Source: Stegostoma tigrinum
Lineage: Eukaryota
Length of the DNA stretch: 64,000 bases
NCBI RefSeq assembly: GCF_030684315.1
Contig: NC_081370.1
Location: 36,784,728-36,848,727, forward strand
Direction: 5' to 3'
Shown here: positions 51,701 through 64,000 of the stretch, piece by piece
Layout of the letters: each line of letters starts with the position of its first letter
Position numbering within the stretch: the first letter of the stretch is position 1
Notes under the pieces: generated by a model
What the model was told of the DNA's origin: nothing
What the model saw: the letters and a program-made list of their open reading frames with translations, nothing else
Database searches by the model: none
Translations under genes and position numbers: made by a program

Positions 51701-53157
51701 CAGGTTTAAGGTCCACTCCTGATCCTAGTCACTCCTATTGCTACTTTGGTCTCCTTCAAATTTAATCAAGTTGGATTTTTTGCAGGTGTATTTATATGAA
51801 TACAATGTTCTGTCTCATGAAGTTGTGTTAAAAGATGTGACATCAGTTTGGGAACAAGTTTTAATTAATACAAGATAAGCTGGAGGGTGAATGTAACTTT
51901 AAATAATTTCATTGCTATTGCTTTAAATTTTGATTTGAACTTGCACTGTGGCATTTGGAGTACAGCTCTCACACAGAAATCAGATAGTTGAGAGTTCAAG
52001 CCACACTACAGAGGAATCCTTGACAGAGTTGCTTTGATTTTTGCAACTAAAATCAAGCATTCAAGCAGAGTTAAGTGTATTAAGAAGTGCTGTGGAAGTA
52101 ACTCAAATTACAAACAGCAGCCTCCAACTGTTGTGCATCTATTTGACTTCAGCTGTCAGTATGCCCTCAGCAGTACCTCAGGAGTGTCAGTATGAATTTT
52201 TACTTAAGTCTCTGTAGTAGAGCTTGAACCCTTGCCCTTCTGACTCAGTGCTGAGGTACTACTCACTGAATACTGCCTCTAATCCATGCCTCTCCTCTGA
52301 AAACAAAACACAGCCATCACAGTTCACTTTCACTAAATTTTAACAAGAACATCTGCCAGCCATTGAACAATCGGAACACCACATGAACACTTATATAACT
52401 TCCCAACAATATTTAGATCTGACTGCCTATGTCACAATCACTGTTTCACCATGGCCATCAATCAGTACAATATCCAGAATGCTTTTAGCAAACACCAAAT
52501 AAGGCACTGGAACATTCGAGTAAATATGCAACATTCAACTGTGTAAATTCTATATTCTTGGCAAAAAAAAAGTGTCAGAAAGTGAATTAAAGGCTGTTAT
52601 TTAACTTAAGTTGATGATTATAAAATGATAGAATCTCACTGCTTCAGTTTATTTCATGCAAATCTCATTGCAGCCTTCTGACACTCTTTGCCAATATAAA
52701 TTGGTGCATGACTGAGTTTCATGTCTGCCATATTATTTTTTTTTATAAATGATCATGAGCTGTCACCATTGAAAGACACTTTGTATCAGCTCAGGGCTTC
52801 TTGCAGTGGAGGAAGAATTGTCCAAGGGACTGGCCAGCTCTAAAGGTGACACTGATACCTGCACCAAATCCCCCACTAGTTTCAAGAGATGCATAGCGTC
52901 ATTCTGACTGTATGGATTCAATGGCAGAAAATAAACTTTAACAAAACCAAAACACTGTGGCTGCTGGAAATTTGTAATAAAAACCAAAAGATGATTGGAA
53001 AACACAGCAGATCAGGCATCATTTGTGGAGAGAAACAGAGCTAATGTTGGAGGTTGATGATATTTCATCACAATCGAAACTTTAATCTTCTTTGTGATAA
53101 AGCAGATTAAATATTCATGACATTGTAAACTCCTGCAATGACCAATTACATCGCTTT

Positions 53158-54729
53158 TCACTTCCTTTGTTTTTTTCCATTTTTTTTAAGCAATGGCATT
53201 CGGGGGTTTCTGGGTTTCCCCTGCCCTTTGACCTTAAAGAAGTAAGACTGGTTCAGAAAAGTCTGCACAAATTTCCCATCATAGTATCTTCTGTTATGTT
53301 TCTGACCATCTGAATATGGTAAGAATCTCAGTAGTTGACAATTATGTTGGCCCTCAGGTGGGGACAGAGGCAATGTAATATGTCGGCAGGAAGGGTTGAT
53401 GCTATTTTCTTGGACATGTGAAATGTCAAGTATGGTTTTTAAATCAGTGCTATGCTTGGCTCTTAGTCTGGAAGGAAGACTAAGGTCAAGTGGCTCTTCA
53501 CAGCACTGCTCCTCTTTCAGCCTTTGGCAGAACTGAGCAGTAGTAGCAAATGCTGGTGAACTGAAGAAGTCATCTGTTTGTGTTCCTTTCTCAGCTGATC
53601 TGCTTTTGGGTGACTTCGATCCACAGCAGTATAAATCAGTCATCCTTGTGTGTGGAGGTGAGCAGAATCGCGACCGCCTTCCATCCAGAGACCTCAGCTG
53701 CTCGCCGTGTTCTTCATCCACCATCTCCTCCACTGAGTAACTGCTGTTGCTGTTAGATTGCACAAAGGGCAGGAATTTCTTTTGTGTAATAAAGAGGTCT
53801 TGGCTATTGCCAAAATCCTCGATCAATTCAGGACTTGTTTTCATCTCCTGGTCATCTTTGCTGGTCTTCAGACAAATAGGTTCTCTACTTTGATGGACTG
53901 CAGTTAGATTGCAATGAGATGACTTTAAGCACCCAAGATGCCTGAGCAATGACTTATCCAGAGGTGCTGTTGGTGTGGAAGTGTTGGCACAGGATAGACA
54001 AGAAGGATTATGAATTCCATAATGAAGACTGCCAGGTGATCCTCCCTTCCTCGAAGCATCCTGCTCTATCATCTTGGTACATGAAGCTTCTTCCCAGTGC
54101 CTAAGAGTCTTTCCATCCTGTTGCATTTCTTTATCTTCTACTGGACTGCAAAGACTTTCCTGAGAATTTGGGAGGCACGAGTATTTATAGACCATTCTAC
54201 CTTTAACTTGAAGATTGTTAACTGCTTCAGTGGCTTTGTCTTCCTCCTTGTGTTCCTTGTGCTTTGTTCCCATATAATGTGCATCACTAACTCTGACTGA
54301 GGTACAATACTTCAGATGGCATTTTTTCATTTTCACTTCAGCTGAGTCAGTGGATTGAGGGAGAGACTGGGGAGTCCATTGCTGCCAAAGCTTTCCTAGT
54401 TTTTGCAGTTCTTTCCTTTGGCTGCATTTCTCTTTCCTTTTAGATTTTTCCTTATTCTTTTTGCTTTTCTTGTGCTTCTTCTTTGATGAACTTTCTCCAT
54501 TGCCTTCAGTGACGCCTTCAGTTAGAAGAATCACAGCCCTCCCAGGTTGTTCATTCTTCTCATTGGGAGGTAAAATACGAACTCTCTTTGAGTTTTTGCT
54601 TCTTTTGCGATGATTAGATTTTGTTTTCCTCATTTCGCTTTGGTCCAAGTCAACCTCCTCGGTGTCCAACAGTTTTACATACTCTGACACCTTATTTGGC
54701 ATTCGTTCTGATGATTCAAAATGTGGCTC
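53158..54729 (-). CDS. Terminal coding exon (523 aa) of a lysine-rich, probably disordered nuclear protein; resembles teleost phoenix (pho)
   Basis: 1.57-kb uninterrupted non-repeat ORF with phase-0 acceptor ctctttcacag|GAG. Motif order SQDLFITQK, KGTQTDDFF, PLDLSLP, VQTFLNQSYFFKVKG matches my recollection of fish phoenix proteins. Coding status is well supported; the identity is only moderately so. Confidence 0.8.
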   Translation of the reverse strand, partial: EPHFESSERMPNKVSEYVKLLDTEEVDLDQSEMRKTKSNHRKRSKNSKRVRILPPNEKNEQPGRAVILLTEGVTEGNGESSSKKKHKKSKKNKEKSKRKEKCSQRKELQKLGKLWQQWTPQSLPQSTDSAEVKMKKCHLKYCTSVRVSDAHYMGTKHKEHKEEDKATEAVNNLQVKGRMVYKYSCLPNSQESLCSPVEDKEMQQDGKTLRHWEEASCTKMIEQDASRKGGSPGSLHYGIHNPSCLSCANTSTPTAPLDKSLLRHLGCLKSSHCNLTAVHQSREPICLKTSKDDQEMKTSPELIEDFGNSQDLFITQKKFLPFVQSNSNSSYSVEEMVDEEHGEQLRSLDGRRSRFCSPPHTRMTDLYCCGSKSPKSRSAEKGTQTDDFFSSPAFATTAQFCQRLKEEQCCEEPLDLSLPSRLRAKHSTDLKTILDISHVQENSINPSCRHITLPLSPPEGQHNCQLLRFLPYSDGQKHNRRYYDGKFVQTFLNQSYFFKVKGQGKPRNPRMPLLKKNGKKQRK

Positions 54730-55485
54730 CTGTGAAAGAGATTAAAGATCATTGCTTCAGGTATTGCACTGTTGGCTAGGGAGGAGTTAGTAACACATAG
54801 GCAATAACTTCATATATCTTCAATTCTGTATCACATGCATATAAACATGTAATTCCACAATGCCTCAACCTTCCTCACCAGACTTTTATCCTTTGTTACA
54901 GCTATATCCCAGGTGATATAGATTATTGATGATATTCAGGGACTTTCATTTATTCTGTGACTTTTCATGATTTTCATCCATGAAGACTTTAACAGTACAC
55001 CAGTGTTTCCCAAACATTTACCCAACTGTGACCCAATTTCAGGCTTGAAAATTGTCACAGTCCCTTCGTGAAAACTGAGAGTGGTATGGGGACTCCCAGG
55101 TTGGAGACTGCTACCTTGTAACTCACATTCTTCAATTTGGGGTCCTGACTCTTACTTTGGAAAACTCTGCAGTACATCCTGTGAAGAAACTGAGAAATTA
55201 TTTACAGTAACATTTGGATTTCTGTGTTTAATCGAGTATGTAAGGAGTCTAGAAATCACTGTCAGTTTCTCAGAGTAATGATGCTAAAAACTGACAATTT
55301 CTTGGTCATTGCAACTGCAAAGTCTTGGCTACTGTACTTTTAAAATTCCTCAATATTTATCATTAAGGATTGCCATCTGCTGAAAGCTGCAGGTTCCCTT
55401 TTTCAGAATTAACCTGCTGGAGCTCAATAATTCTCAATCATTCATATATATTTCTACACATTCAAGGCAATGAAAGATAGCTCAC

Positions 55486-55585
55486 CAAATCTTCCTGAGC
55501 TTCCTCCTTAATCCATGATAAAGGTGCCACAAGAGAAGTGCAACTAGCTTTTCGCTTTTTCTTCAAATGTTTTGGATTCATATTG
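55486..55585 (-). CDS. Penultimate exon (100 nt) of the phoenix-like gene
   Basis: Acceptor ttttccag|C and donor TTG|GTGAGC; reads NMNPKHLKKKRKASCTSLVAPLSWIKEEAQEDL and joins the terminal exon in frame (phase 0). Confidence 0.7.
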
Positions 55586-56049
55586 CTGGAAAATTAACAG
55601 ATTTTTCTATTGCATTCTTTATGACCTCAAAGTCCCAAAGCACATTAAAGACAACAAAGTACTTAGGAAGCATCAGTACTGTTCTACTGAATGAAATGCA
55701 ACAGTCTGTTCATACACATCAATTCACCAGATAATCTATTTTAGAAGTGCGGAATAAATATTGGCCCTGGACACTACGGAGAATTCCCCTGCTTTGCTAA
55801 CAGTGCTGTATTCCCTCAGTACTGCAGTAGACTATTTCTGAACTTTTTGAAGAGGGACTTGAATTCCACAACTTTTTGACTCAGACAAAACAGGGCTACT
55901 CACTTGGCCATGTTTGACTTTTTGATGATAATCAAATAACACTAGAATCAGAAAAATAAGTTGGTTCTGTTACTCAACAAATGACACAAAGATAGAAGTT
56001 CAATTTCCATGAGTTGTAATTTAACTTCAGTTACTTAGTTAAATATTTT

Positions 56050-58500
56050 TTATTCACTCATGGGACATGGGTGTCGCTGGCTGGCCAGCATTTATTGCCC
56101 ATCTCTGGTTGCCCTAGAGATGGTAGTGGTGAACTGCCTTCTTGAACTGCTGCAATCTGATCCACAATGCTTTTAGAGAGGGAATTTCAGGATTTTGACC
56201 TGTCGACAGTGAAGGAGTGGTGATATATTTCCAAATCCGGACAGTGAGTGGCTTAAAGAGGAGCTTGCAGTGGTGTTGTTCCCATGTATTTGCTGTGCTT
56301 ATTCTTCTAGACGGAAGTGGTTCTGGGTTTGGAAGGAACTGTCTAAGGATCTTTGGTGAATTTCTCGAGAGTATCTTGTAGACAGTACACAGTGCTGCGA
56401 CTAAGCATCGTTGTGGAAGGAGTGGATGCTTCTTGATGTTGTGCCAATCAAATGGGTTGCTTTGTCCCAGATGGTGTAAAGCTTCTTGAGCGCTGTTGGA
56501 GCCACATTCATCCAGGCAAGTTCTGGCAGCCACTGTGTTTATGTGGCAGGTCGAGTGAGTTTCTGGTCAATAGTAACCACACGGATGTTCAGAGTGGGGG
56601 GAAATCAATGATGCTAACACCATTGAATGTCAAGGTACAGTGGGTAGATCATTTCTTATTTGTGATTGTCATAACCTGACATTTGGTTGGCACAAATTTT
56701 ACTTGCCACTTCTCAGCCAAGCCCTGGATATTGTCTAGATTTTGTTGTATTTGCACATGGACTGTGAGGAGTTACGAATAGTGCTGAACATTGTGCAATC
56801 ATCAGTGAATATCTTCTGATATTAGAGGGAAGATCATTGTTAAAACAATTCAAGATGACTGTACATGGGACACAATCCAGAGGAAGTCCTGCAGAGATAT
56901 CCTGGAGCTGAGATGATTGGCCTCCAACAACCACAACTTTCTTATTCACCAGATATGACTCCAACCAATTTGCCCTTAAAGGTCAATTAGTCCCAGCTTT
57001 GCTAGGGCTCCTTGATGCCACAAATCGGTTTAAATTGGCCTTGATGTAAAGAGCTGTCACTCTCACCTCACCACTGGAATTCAGCTCTTTGTCCATGCTT
57101 GAACCAAGGCTATAATGAGGTCAGGAGCTGAGTGGCCCTGGTGGAACCCAAACTGGGCATCACTGATAGATGCTGCTTGACAGCACTGCTGATTAGACCT
57201 TACAGCACTTTACAGATGACCAAGAGTACATCTCTGGGGCAGTAATTAGCTTGGTTGGACTTCTCCTGCTTTTTGTGTACAGGACATACTTGGGCAATTT
57301 TCCAATTTGTTGGATAGATGCCAGTGTTGTAATTGTACTGGAACAGCTTGGCTAGGGGACTGGCAAGCTCTGGAGCACAGTCTTCAGTACAATTGCTGGA
57401 ATGTTGTTGGGGCCCATAGTCTTTGCAGTATGCAGTGCCTCCAAATACTTCTTGATATCATGAAGAGTGGATTGAATTTGCTGAAAACTGATATCTGCAA
57501 TGCTTGGGACCACTGGTGGAGGCCAAGATGGATCATCCCCTTTGTGCTTCTGACTGAAGACTGCTGTGAATGCTTCAGCCTTATCTTTGCACTGACGTGT
57601 TGAGCCCTTCTATCGTTGAGGGTGGGGATATTTGTGGAGCCTCCTCCACCAATGAGGTCTTTAAATTGTCCACCACCATTCACAACTGGATGTGGCAGGA
57701 CTGCAGAGCTTAGATCTGATTTGTTGGTTGCAGGATCACTTAGTTTCGTCTGTCAGCTTTTGCTGTATGGTACACAAGTAATCCCGTTTGGTTGCATCAC
57801 CAGGTTGACAATAGTGCTGCTCCTGGCATGCTCTCCTGCACTCTCTATTGAACCCAGAATTGATGCCTATAATAATTGAGTGGAGAATATAACAGGTCAT
57901 GATTTTTTTCTATCATTTTTTTGGAATGTGAGCATCTCTGGCTGGCCAGCATGTATTGCCCGTTCCTAGTTGCCTTTGAGTCCAGCTCCCTTCTTGAGCT
58001 GCCTTCTTGAACCATGCAGCCCATGTGATGTAGTTTGACTGACAATGCCATTACAGAAGAAATTCAAGGACTGTGACCCAACAACAGTGAAGGACCAGCG
58101 ACATAGTTCCATGTCAGGATGGTGAGTAGTTTGGATGGAACTTGATGGTACTGGTGTTCCCAAGTAACTGCTGTCCTTGTCCTCTTAGATCAAAGTAATT
58201 GTGGGTTTGAGGTTGCAGATTGTGCTGAAGTACAGTTCTGCTGCTGCTGATGGCCCACTTCACTTCAGGGATGCCCAGACTTGACTTGCTAGATCTGTGC
58301 AAGGTCTGTCCCATTGAGCACAGTGACAGTGCCACACAACACGATGACAAGTATTCTTGATGTAACAGCAGGACTTTGTCTCCACAAGGACTGTGCAGTG
58401 GTCACTCTTTCCAAGATTATCATGCACAGATGCATCTGCTGCTGGCAGATTGGTAAAGACGAGGTCGAGTATGTTTTTCCCTCTTGTTACTTCCTCCTGA
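56050..58500 (-). mobile_element. L2/CR1-group LINE, decayed, with nested pieces
   Basis: TRGKNILDLVFTN and GKSDHCTV (APE end); RT remnants; 3' end catgtcccatgagtgaataaaaaa. Confidence 0.75.
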
Positions 58501-60540
58501 CCAGTAGGTCCCCAATAAGAAGTTTTTCTCTGTAATGGCAATCATCTAGCTACCAGACTGGTGTTAAAAACGCAACAGGTTTAATAACAGCCTTTAGAGA
58601 AGAAAATCTACAACCCTTAAGAGGTCCATTCTTTAAGTGACTCCAGACCTACAACAATATGGTTTATCTCTCTGAAATGCATCTCATAAGACACTGCTAT
58701 ATTCAAGTATGTGGCTCATCACCACCTGCTTAAGAGATGAGCAATAAATAGTGGCCTTACCAGCAATGCCCACATCCGGTGATTAAATCTTCTTTTAAAT
58801 AAATTCAAAATCTGGGGAAAGTTGGATTTTCATTGGCTGACACAGAGTGATGAAGATTGGACGTGGTGTGACATCTGATCAGTCTGTCTTTGGCAAACTC
58901 CAAGCATTTTCAAACTGACAACTTTGTCACTAACTCTTCTGCTGAAAGAAGGAATGAAATCTGTAACAATGTGAATTTATTTGGATTGAGTTTAGATAAT
59001 GAGTTATGATTAGGAATACATTGAATGGATAGAGGAAGCAGATTGAATTAAACTTTCCAAGGGTCTTGGATAAATACTTGAAAGGGAAATTTGCAGGGCT
59101 AAAGGAAAAGGGCAAGGTGGAATGGGTCTAATTGGATTGCTTTTTGAAAGAAGTCAACACAGACATGATGAGCTGAATGACCTCCTACGGTGTATGATCT
59201 AGTAAAACATTTACAATCATTACAGATACATAGGAAAATTAACTCTGAGCCAAAGGAAGCATGATCAGCTGGGATGCCCTAAAAGCTCAATCAAAAAGAG
59301 GTGAGATTTTTGGAAAATCTTAAGTTAAAGAGAGAGACAGAAATGGGAGGGTTTAAAGAGGAAATTCCATGATGGGGGAAGTGGGAAGAGAAAGAGAGGA
59401 GGAATGCAATGAGTCCCTTTGTGGATAAAGGTCCGGGAAGGTTATGGAGTGTTGAGATCATGAAGGGATTTGGAACCAATAAGAAGTTTAAAAATGAGGC
59501 ATTGGAAGGTTTGGAGCCAACACGTAAGTAATATCTGAAGTGATGGGTGACTGGGGCTTTGTATGGAAAGGAAACGAGCAGGGTAAACTGAAGCTTCCAG
59601 GGATATAGATTGAAAGGCCTGTCTGGAACGCGGAACAGTAATCAATTCTTTTTATTCATTTGGCTGTAAACAAATGACTGACGAGCAGTAACAGGTGATG
59701 ATACCTAGGTGGAGATAAATGTCTTTGTGCAGAGGAAAATGCAGGTTCAGAGAGTTAGCTCAGAATCAAGCTGGTCACTGAGATTATGAGCTGTCTGATT
59801 CAGCCTAAGAGTGCCCTGAGGAAGCAAGCTGGAGCCATCTGCAACAATTGGTGGAAGGAAATCAAGGTACATCAAAGACTTTATGCCAAATAAATAGGGT
59901 TGAATATTTTCAGCCCTGAGCAAAGTAAGAAGTGGCTGGGAAAACATTGCAAGATCTGAAAGATGAGATCCTTGATATTGAGAATATTAAGCTCGATTTT
60001 TCACCCAAGAATTGGACAGCAAGATGAGATTCTCATGCACGAGGATGGAGAGGCCAGTTTACCTTCTCCAACCTTCATGTGATCCTATTTCCTCTTACAC
60101 ACTGCTGGCGGCAGTGCCTTTATATTGTTAGTACCTAATCTTGATTCTTGTATATACAATTTTCTATTCTCCCATGTACTAGAGAGAAACTACACAATGA
60201 CAATTACCACCCTGAAAGTCAGAGAGGACGCCTGATGGCTCCAGGTAGCTGCGTACACCTCTGAGTCTAAAAGTTGGACAGGAGTGAACAATGCACACTG
60301 CTCCCTCCACCGCCAACCTCCACCCCATCCACATAATTGGCATCAGACATGCATCAACTTCACCACTTCACGGCACATCTCAGACCCACTTACAATATAG
60401 TTCTTCACTTCAATGCTGCATTTAAAGATACAACATATTATTTAATCAGACAAAGAAAGGAAATGTATGTCTTGTGACAGGGAAGAATGTTTTATTGATT
60501 CTGGAGCCATCCGACAGAACAAAGGAGCAAAAATGAACAG

Positions 60541-62075
60541 GCCCCAACCCCACCTCTTCCTCCGGTACATTGATGACTGTATCGGCGCCGCCTCTTGCTC
60601 CCCAGAGGAGCTCGAACAGTTCATCCACTTCACCAACACCTTCCACCCCAACCTTCAGTTCACCTGGGCCATCTCCAGCACATCCCACACCTTCCTGGAC
60701 CTCTCAGTCTCCATCTCAGGCAACCAGCTTGTAACTGATGTCCATTTCAAGCCCACCGACTCCCACAGCTACCTAGAATACACCTCCTCCCACCCACCCT
60801 CCTGCAAAAATTCCATCCCCTATTCCCAATTCCTCCGCCTCCGCCGCATCTGCTCCCACGATAAGACATTCCACTCCCGCACATCCCTGATGTCCAAGTT
60901 CTTTAAGGACCGCAACTTTCCCCCCACGGTGATTGAGAACGCCCTTGACCGCGTCTCCCGCATTTCCTGCGACACATCCCTCACACCCCGCCCCCGCCAC
61001 AACCGCCCAAAGAGGATCCCCCTCGTTCTCACACACCACCCTACCAACCTCCGGATACAACGCATTATCCTCCGACACTTCCGCCATTTACAATCCGACC
61101 CCACCACCCAAGACATTTTTCCATCCCCTCCCCTGTCTGCTTTCCGGAGAGACCACTCTCTCCGTGACTCCCTTGTTCGCTCCACACTGCCCTCCAACCC
61201 CACCACACCCGGCACCTTCCCCTGCAACCGCAGGAAATGCTACACTTGTCCCCACACCTCCTCCCTCACCCCCATCCCAGGCCCCAAGATGACATTCCAC
61301 ATTAAGCAGAGGTTCACCTGCACATCTGCCAATGTGGTATACTGCATCCACTGTACCCGGTGCGGCTTCCTCTACATTGGGGAAACCAAGCGGAGGCTTG
61401 GGGACCGCTTTGCAGAACACCTCCGCTCAGTTTGCAACAAACAACTGCACCTCCCAGTCGCAAACCATTTCCACTCCCCCTCCCATTCTCTTGATGACAT
61501 GTCCATCATGGGCCTCCTGCACTGCCACAATGATGCCACCCGAAGGTTGCAGGAACAGCAACTCATATTCCGCCTGGGAACCCTGCAGCCATATGGTATC
61601 AATGTGGACTTCACCAGTTTCAAAATCTCCCCTTCCCCTACTGCATCCCTAAACCAGCCCAGTTCATCCCCTCCCCCCACTGCACCACACAACCAGCCCA
61701 GCTCTTCCCCCCCACCCACTGCATCCCAAAACCAGTCCAACCTGTCTCTGCCTCCCTAACCGGTTCTTCCTCTCACCCATCCCTTCCTCCCACCCCAAGC
61801 CGCACCCCCAGCTACCTACTAACCTCATCCCACCTCCTTGACCTGTCCGTCTTCCCTGGACTGACCTATCCCCTCCCTACCTCCCCACCTACACCCTCTC
61901 CACCTATCTTCTTTACTCTCCATCTTCGGTCCGCCTCCCCCTCTCTCCCTATTTATTCCAGTTCCCTCCCCCCATCCCCCTCTCTGATGAAGGGTCTAGG
62001 CCCGAAACGTCAGCTTTTGTGCTCCTGAGATGCTGCTTGGCCTGCTGTGTTCATCCAGCCTCACATTTTATTATC
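60541..62075 (+). mobile_element. Penelope-like retroelement family A, young 5'-truncated copy with uninterrupted RT C-terminus and GIY-YIG endonuclease
   Basis: LRYIDD RT motif, FLDL, SIPYSQFLRLRRICS, C..C zinc-type motif (CNRRKCYTC) and VVYCIHCTRCGFLYIGET (GIY-YIG); about 405 codons without a stop to 61759; hammerhead-like motif at 61984-62011. Confidence 0.95.
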
Positions 62076-63765
62076 AATGATATAGCCCTACTGTTTGGGA
62101 TGGTGGTGTGATTATTCTTGATGTTTCCATCTATGGTGATACTCCTTGTTCTTCTCTTGAACTCTTGATGTTCTTCAAGAGATGATAGTTCATTCACCTG
62201 AATGCTTTTTTTCAATGCTGTATCATTCACCTGTCTGAAATCTTTTGGCCAATAGCCACGGGCACCTACTTGTGATACCAGATCAACCACTGTCTCCTTG
62301 TCCACCTTCACCTGAGTGATAGTTCTCTAATCTGAGGTCAACACTTTCTATTTTCCCAAACACTGCATTGGCAGTAGGATATACATGCTGCTGGATAAAT
62401 TGTGGGCATCATTTCATTGGAGCAACATGACCACAGAGATCCTGATGCTTCTTGTGACTTTTCCTTTTATATGAAGATTTGAAGATCTAGTTACGGCTGC
62501 AATAGCAGCTAAATGGAATCTTATGTTACACAATAAATGCAAGGAAAATGTAGCTTTAAAAGGGACTCAATTTTCCAACAGAATATTTGAACCTGTTCCT
62601 TGGCCACTTTGGTCACAGGGATAGATACCCATCTCATGCATCAAAGCAGAGTGTACCTTAGGACTTTTTACTGGATACCCGTTACTTGGATGCTCGCATC
62701 ACCTCTGTCTTGCCTTGCTGTTTAGCTAAGATACAAAGACAGGCAGCTGGTCATGGTTATCAGCAACAGCGAATCAAGTGAACATGTTAGCATATGGCAT
62801 CATGCTACGTCAAACTATGCCAGCAATAAATGTGTCAAACATGCTTCATGTAGGTCAACCAAGTAGCTAAGCCACAAAGTGTAAGGAAGCAATCCTTGGT
62901 CAAGTCATTGGGCACTGCCATCAGTCAGGGGTTCCATCATAGTTAGTGAAAGGCAGCATCTAATCTACATTCAGGGGCCTGGACACTGTCAGTTAGCTGT
63001 TTGAGCAGTCAGAATCAGGGATTCCATATCAGTATTAACTAAGGAGTGGGCCAAAGTCAGTCCTGCAGATCCACTCCATTACAACCAGCCGCAGAAATCC
63101 ATGGAACATAAGTTGGGGAGTTGTACAGAGATTGGTCAAGGATCTGACCACTCATTACTTGGAGCTTTCTAACCAACTTGCTTTGGGGATGGGCCTTGGT
63201 TATTCCTGGTATCCTGCTCACTGAAGTCAAGGTGGGGTATTGGGGCCATTGTTGTCATAGGGAACCTGTGAAGTCAATTATGGGATGATGAAGGGCTGGG
63301 ACAGTGATAATAGTCATCCCAGGAGGAAGGTGAGGATATTGAGCAGGAGAATCATTACCTTCAGCTTATTAGAATGCTACAGTACCAGGTGCAACAAGAC
63401 AAGCGGCACTTCACTGACATCCTGTTTCAAAAGATGTTGAGATGGTGCAGTAAATTTGTTGCTCAAAAGTCAATTGGTCCCTGTTTGTTCCCAGAAGCAA
63501 TTGATTTTTTTTTAAAAACACTAACAACAACAAAAGTGGACATTTTCAATTATCTTGAGGCTTCTCCGCGTGTAATGCTCCCACATGAATAAGATACCGT
63601 ATTACGCTAAATTGGGTAAGGGCAAGTGTTTCTCTAGGCTGGCTTCGAACACAGTCCGGTGCTAACCATGTAGTCTGTGTAGTTTGATTCTCACAGTGGC
63701 AGTTATAATGGCTGTTGATCAGACAGGTGGTGATATGAAAATAACAAGACATTTAAAAACAAACA

Positions 63766-63905
63766 TTCCTCAGAACTGAGGTAGGGTCACCGTACCTGAA
63801 ACGTTAACTGTGTTTTTTCCCTCACAGAAACTGCCAGACCTGTTGAGCTTTTCCAGCCACTTTGTTTTTGTTCCTGATTCACAGCATCCGCACTTCTTTT
63901 GGTTT
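63766..63905 (+). mobile_element. PLE family B terminus
   Basis: ctgaggtagggtcaccgtacctgaaacgttaact...ccagacctgttgagcttttccagc, the same family as 13205-13310. Confidence 0.65.
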
Positions 63906-64000
63906 TTATTTAAGACATTTACAGATGTGAGCTTGTGTTTGCAATGAGGTTTTACCCACGCCAACTGTTTTCAGAAACATTCCTTTTCCATTTTCCTCCC

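Noticed and set aside
55156-55178. 23-nt micro-exon candidate (ttcttcacag|...|GTAAGA, minus strand) in the phoenix-like gene
   Set aside because: It would shift the frame between two exons that already join in phase 0; at most a poison exon.
62051-62311. 86-aa minus-strand ORF as an upstream exon of the phoenix-like gene
   Set aside because: Runs into the PLE end with no donor site seen and no recognisable motif; cannot be linked to the gene.

Overview
This is vertebrate genomic DNA, most likely from a cartilaginous fish (shark), judged from HE1-type SINE, CR1/HER1-type LINE and Penelope-like repeats. It is repeat-dense and has one assembly gap (25947-26293). Three host genes are supported. 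(1) The first coding exon of a GALNT18-like gene (- strand, 18061-18298), whose first intron appears to run off the left edge. (2) A complete bicistronic PYURF(PREY)-PIGY locus (+ strand, 40354-43105) with a GC-box/ETS promoter. (3) The last two coding exons of a lysine-rich protein resembling teleost 'phoenix', with CtBP-type (PLDLS) and LC8-type (KGTQT) motifs (- strand, 53158-55585). The most striking non-genic signal is a set of at least four Penelope-like retroelement (PLE) families. Each carries a minimal hammerhead-ribozyme-like motif (CUGANGA...GAAA) with a different stem II. Many copies are inserted as fold-back/inverted structures flanked by 11-15 bp target-site duplications, and several short palindromic copies turn around inside the ribozyme motif. 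All homology calls are from memory of the families and were not searched; boundaries of old repeats are approximate.
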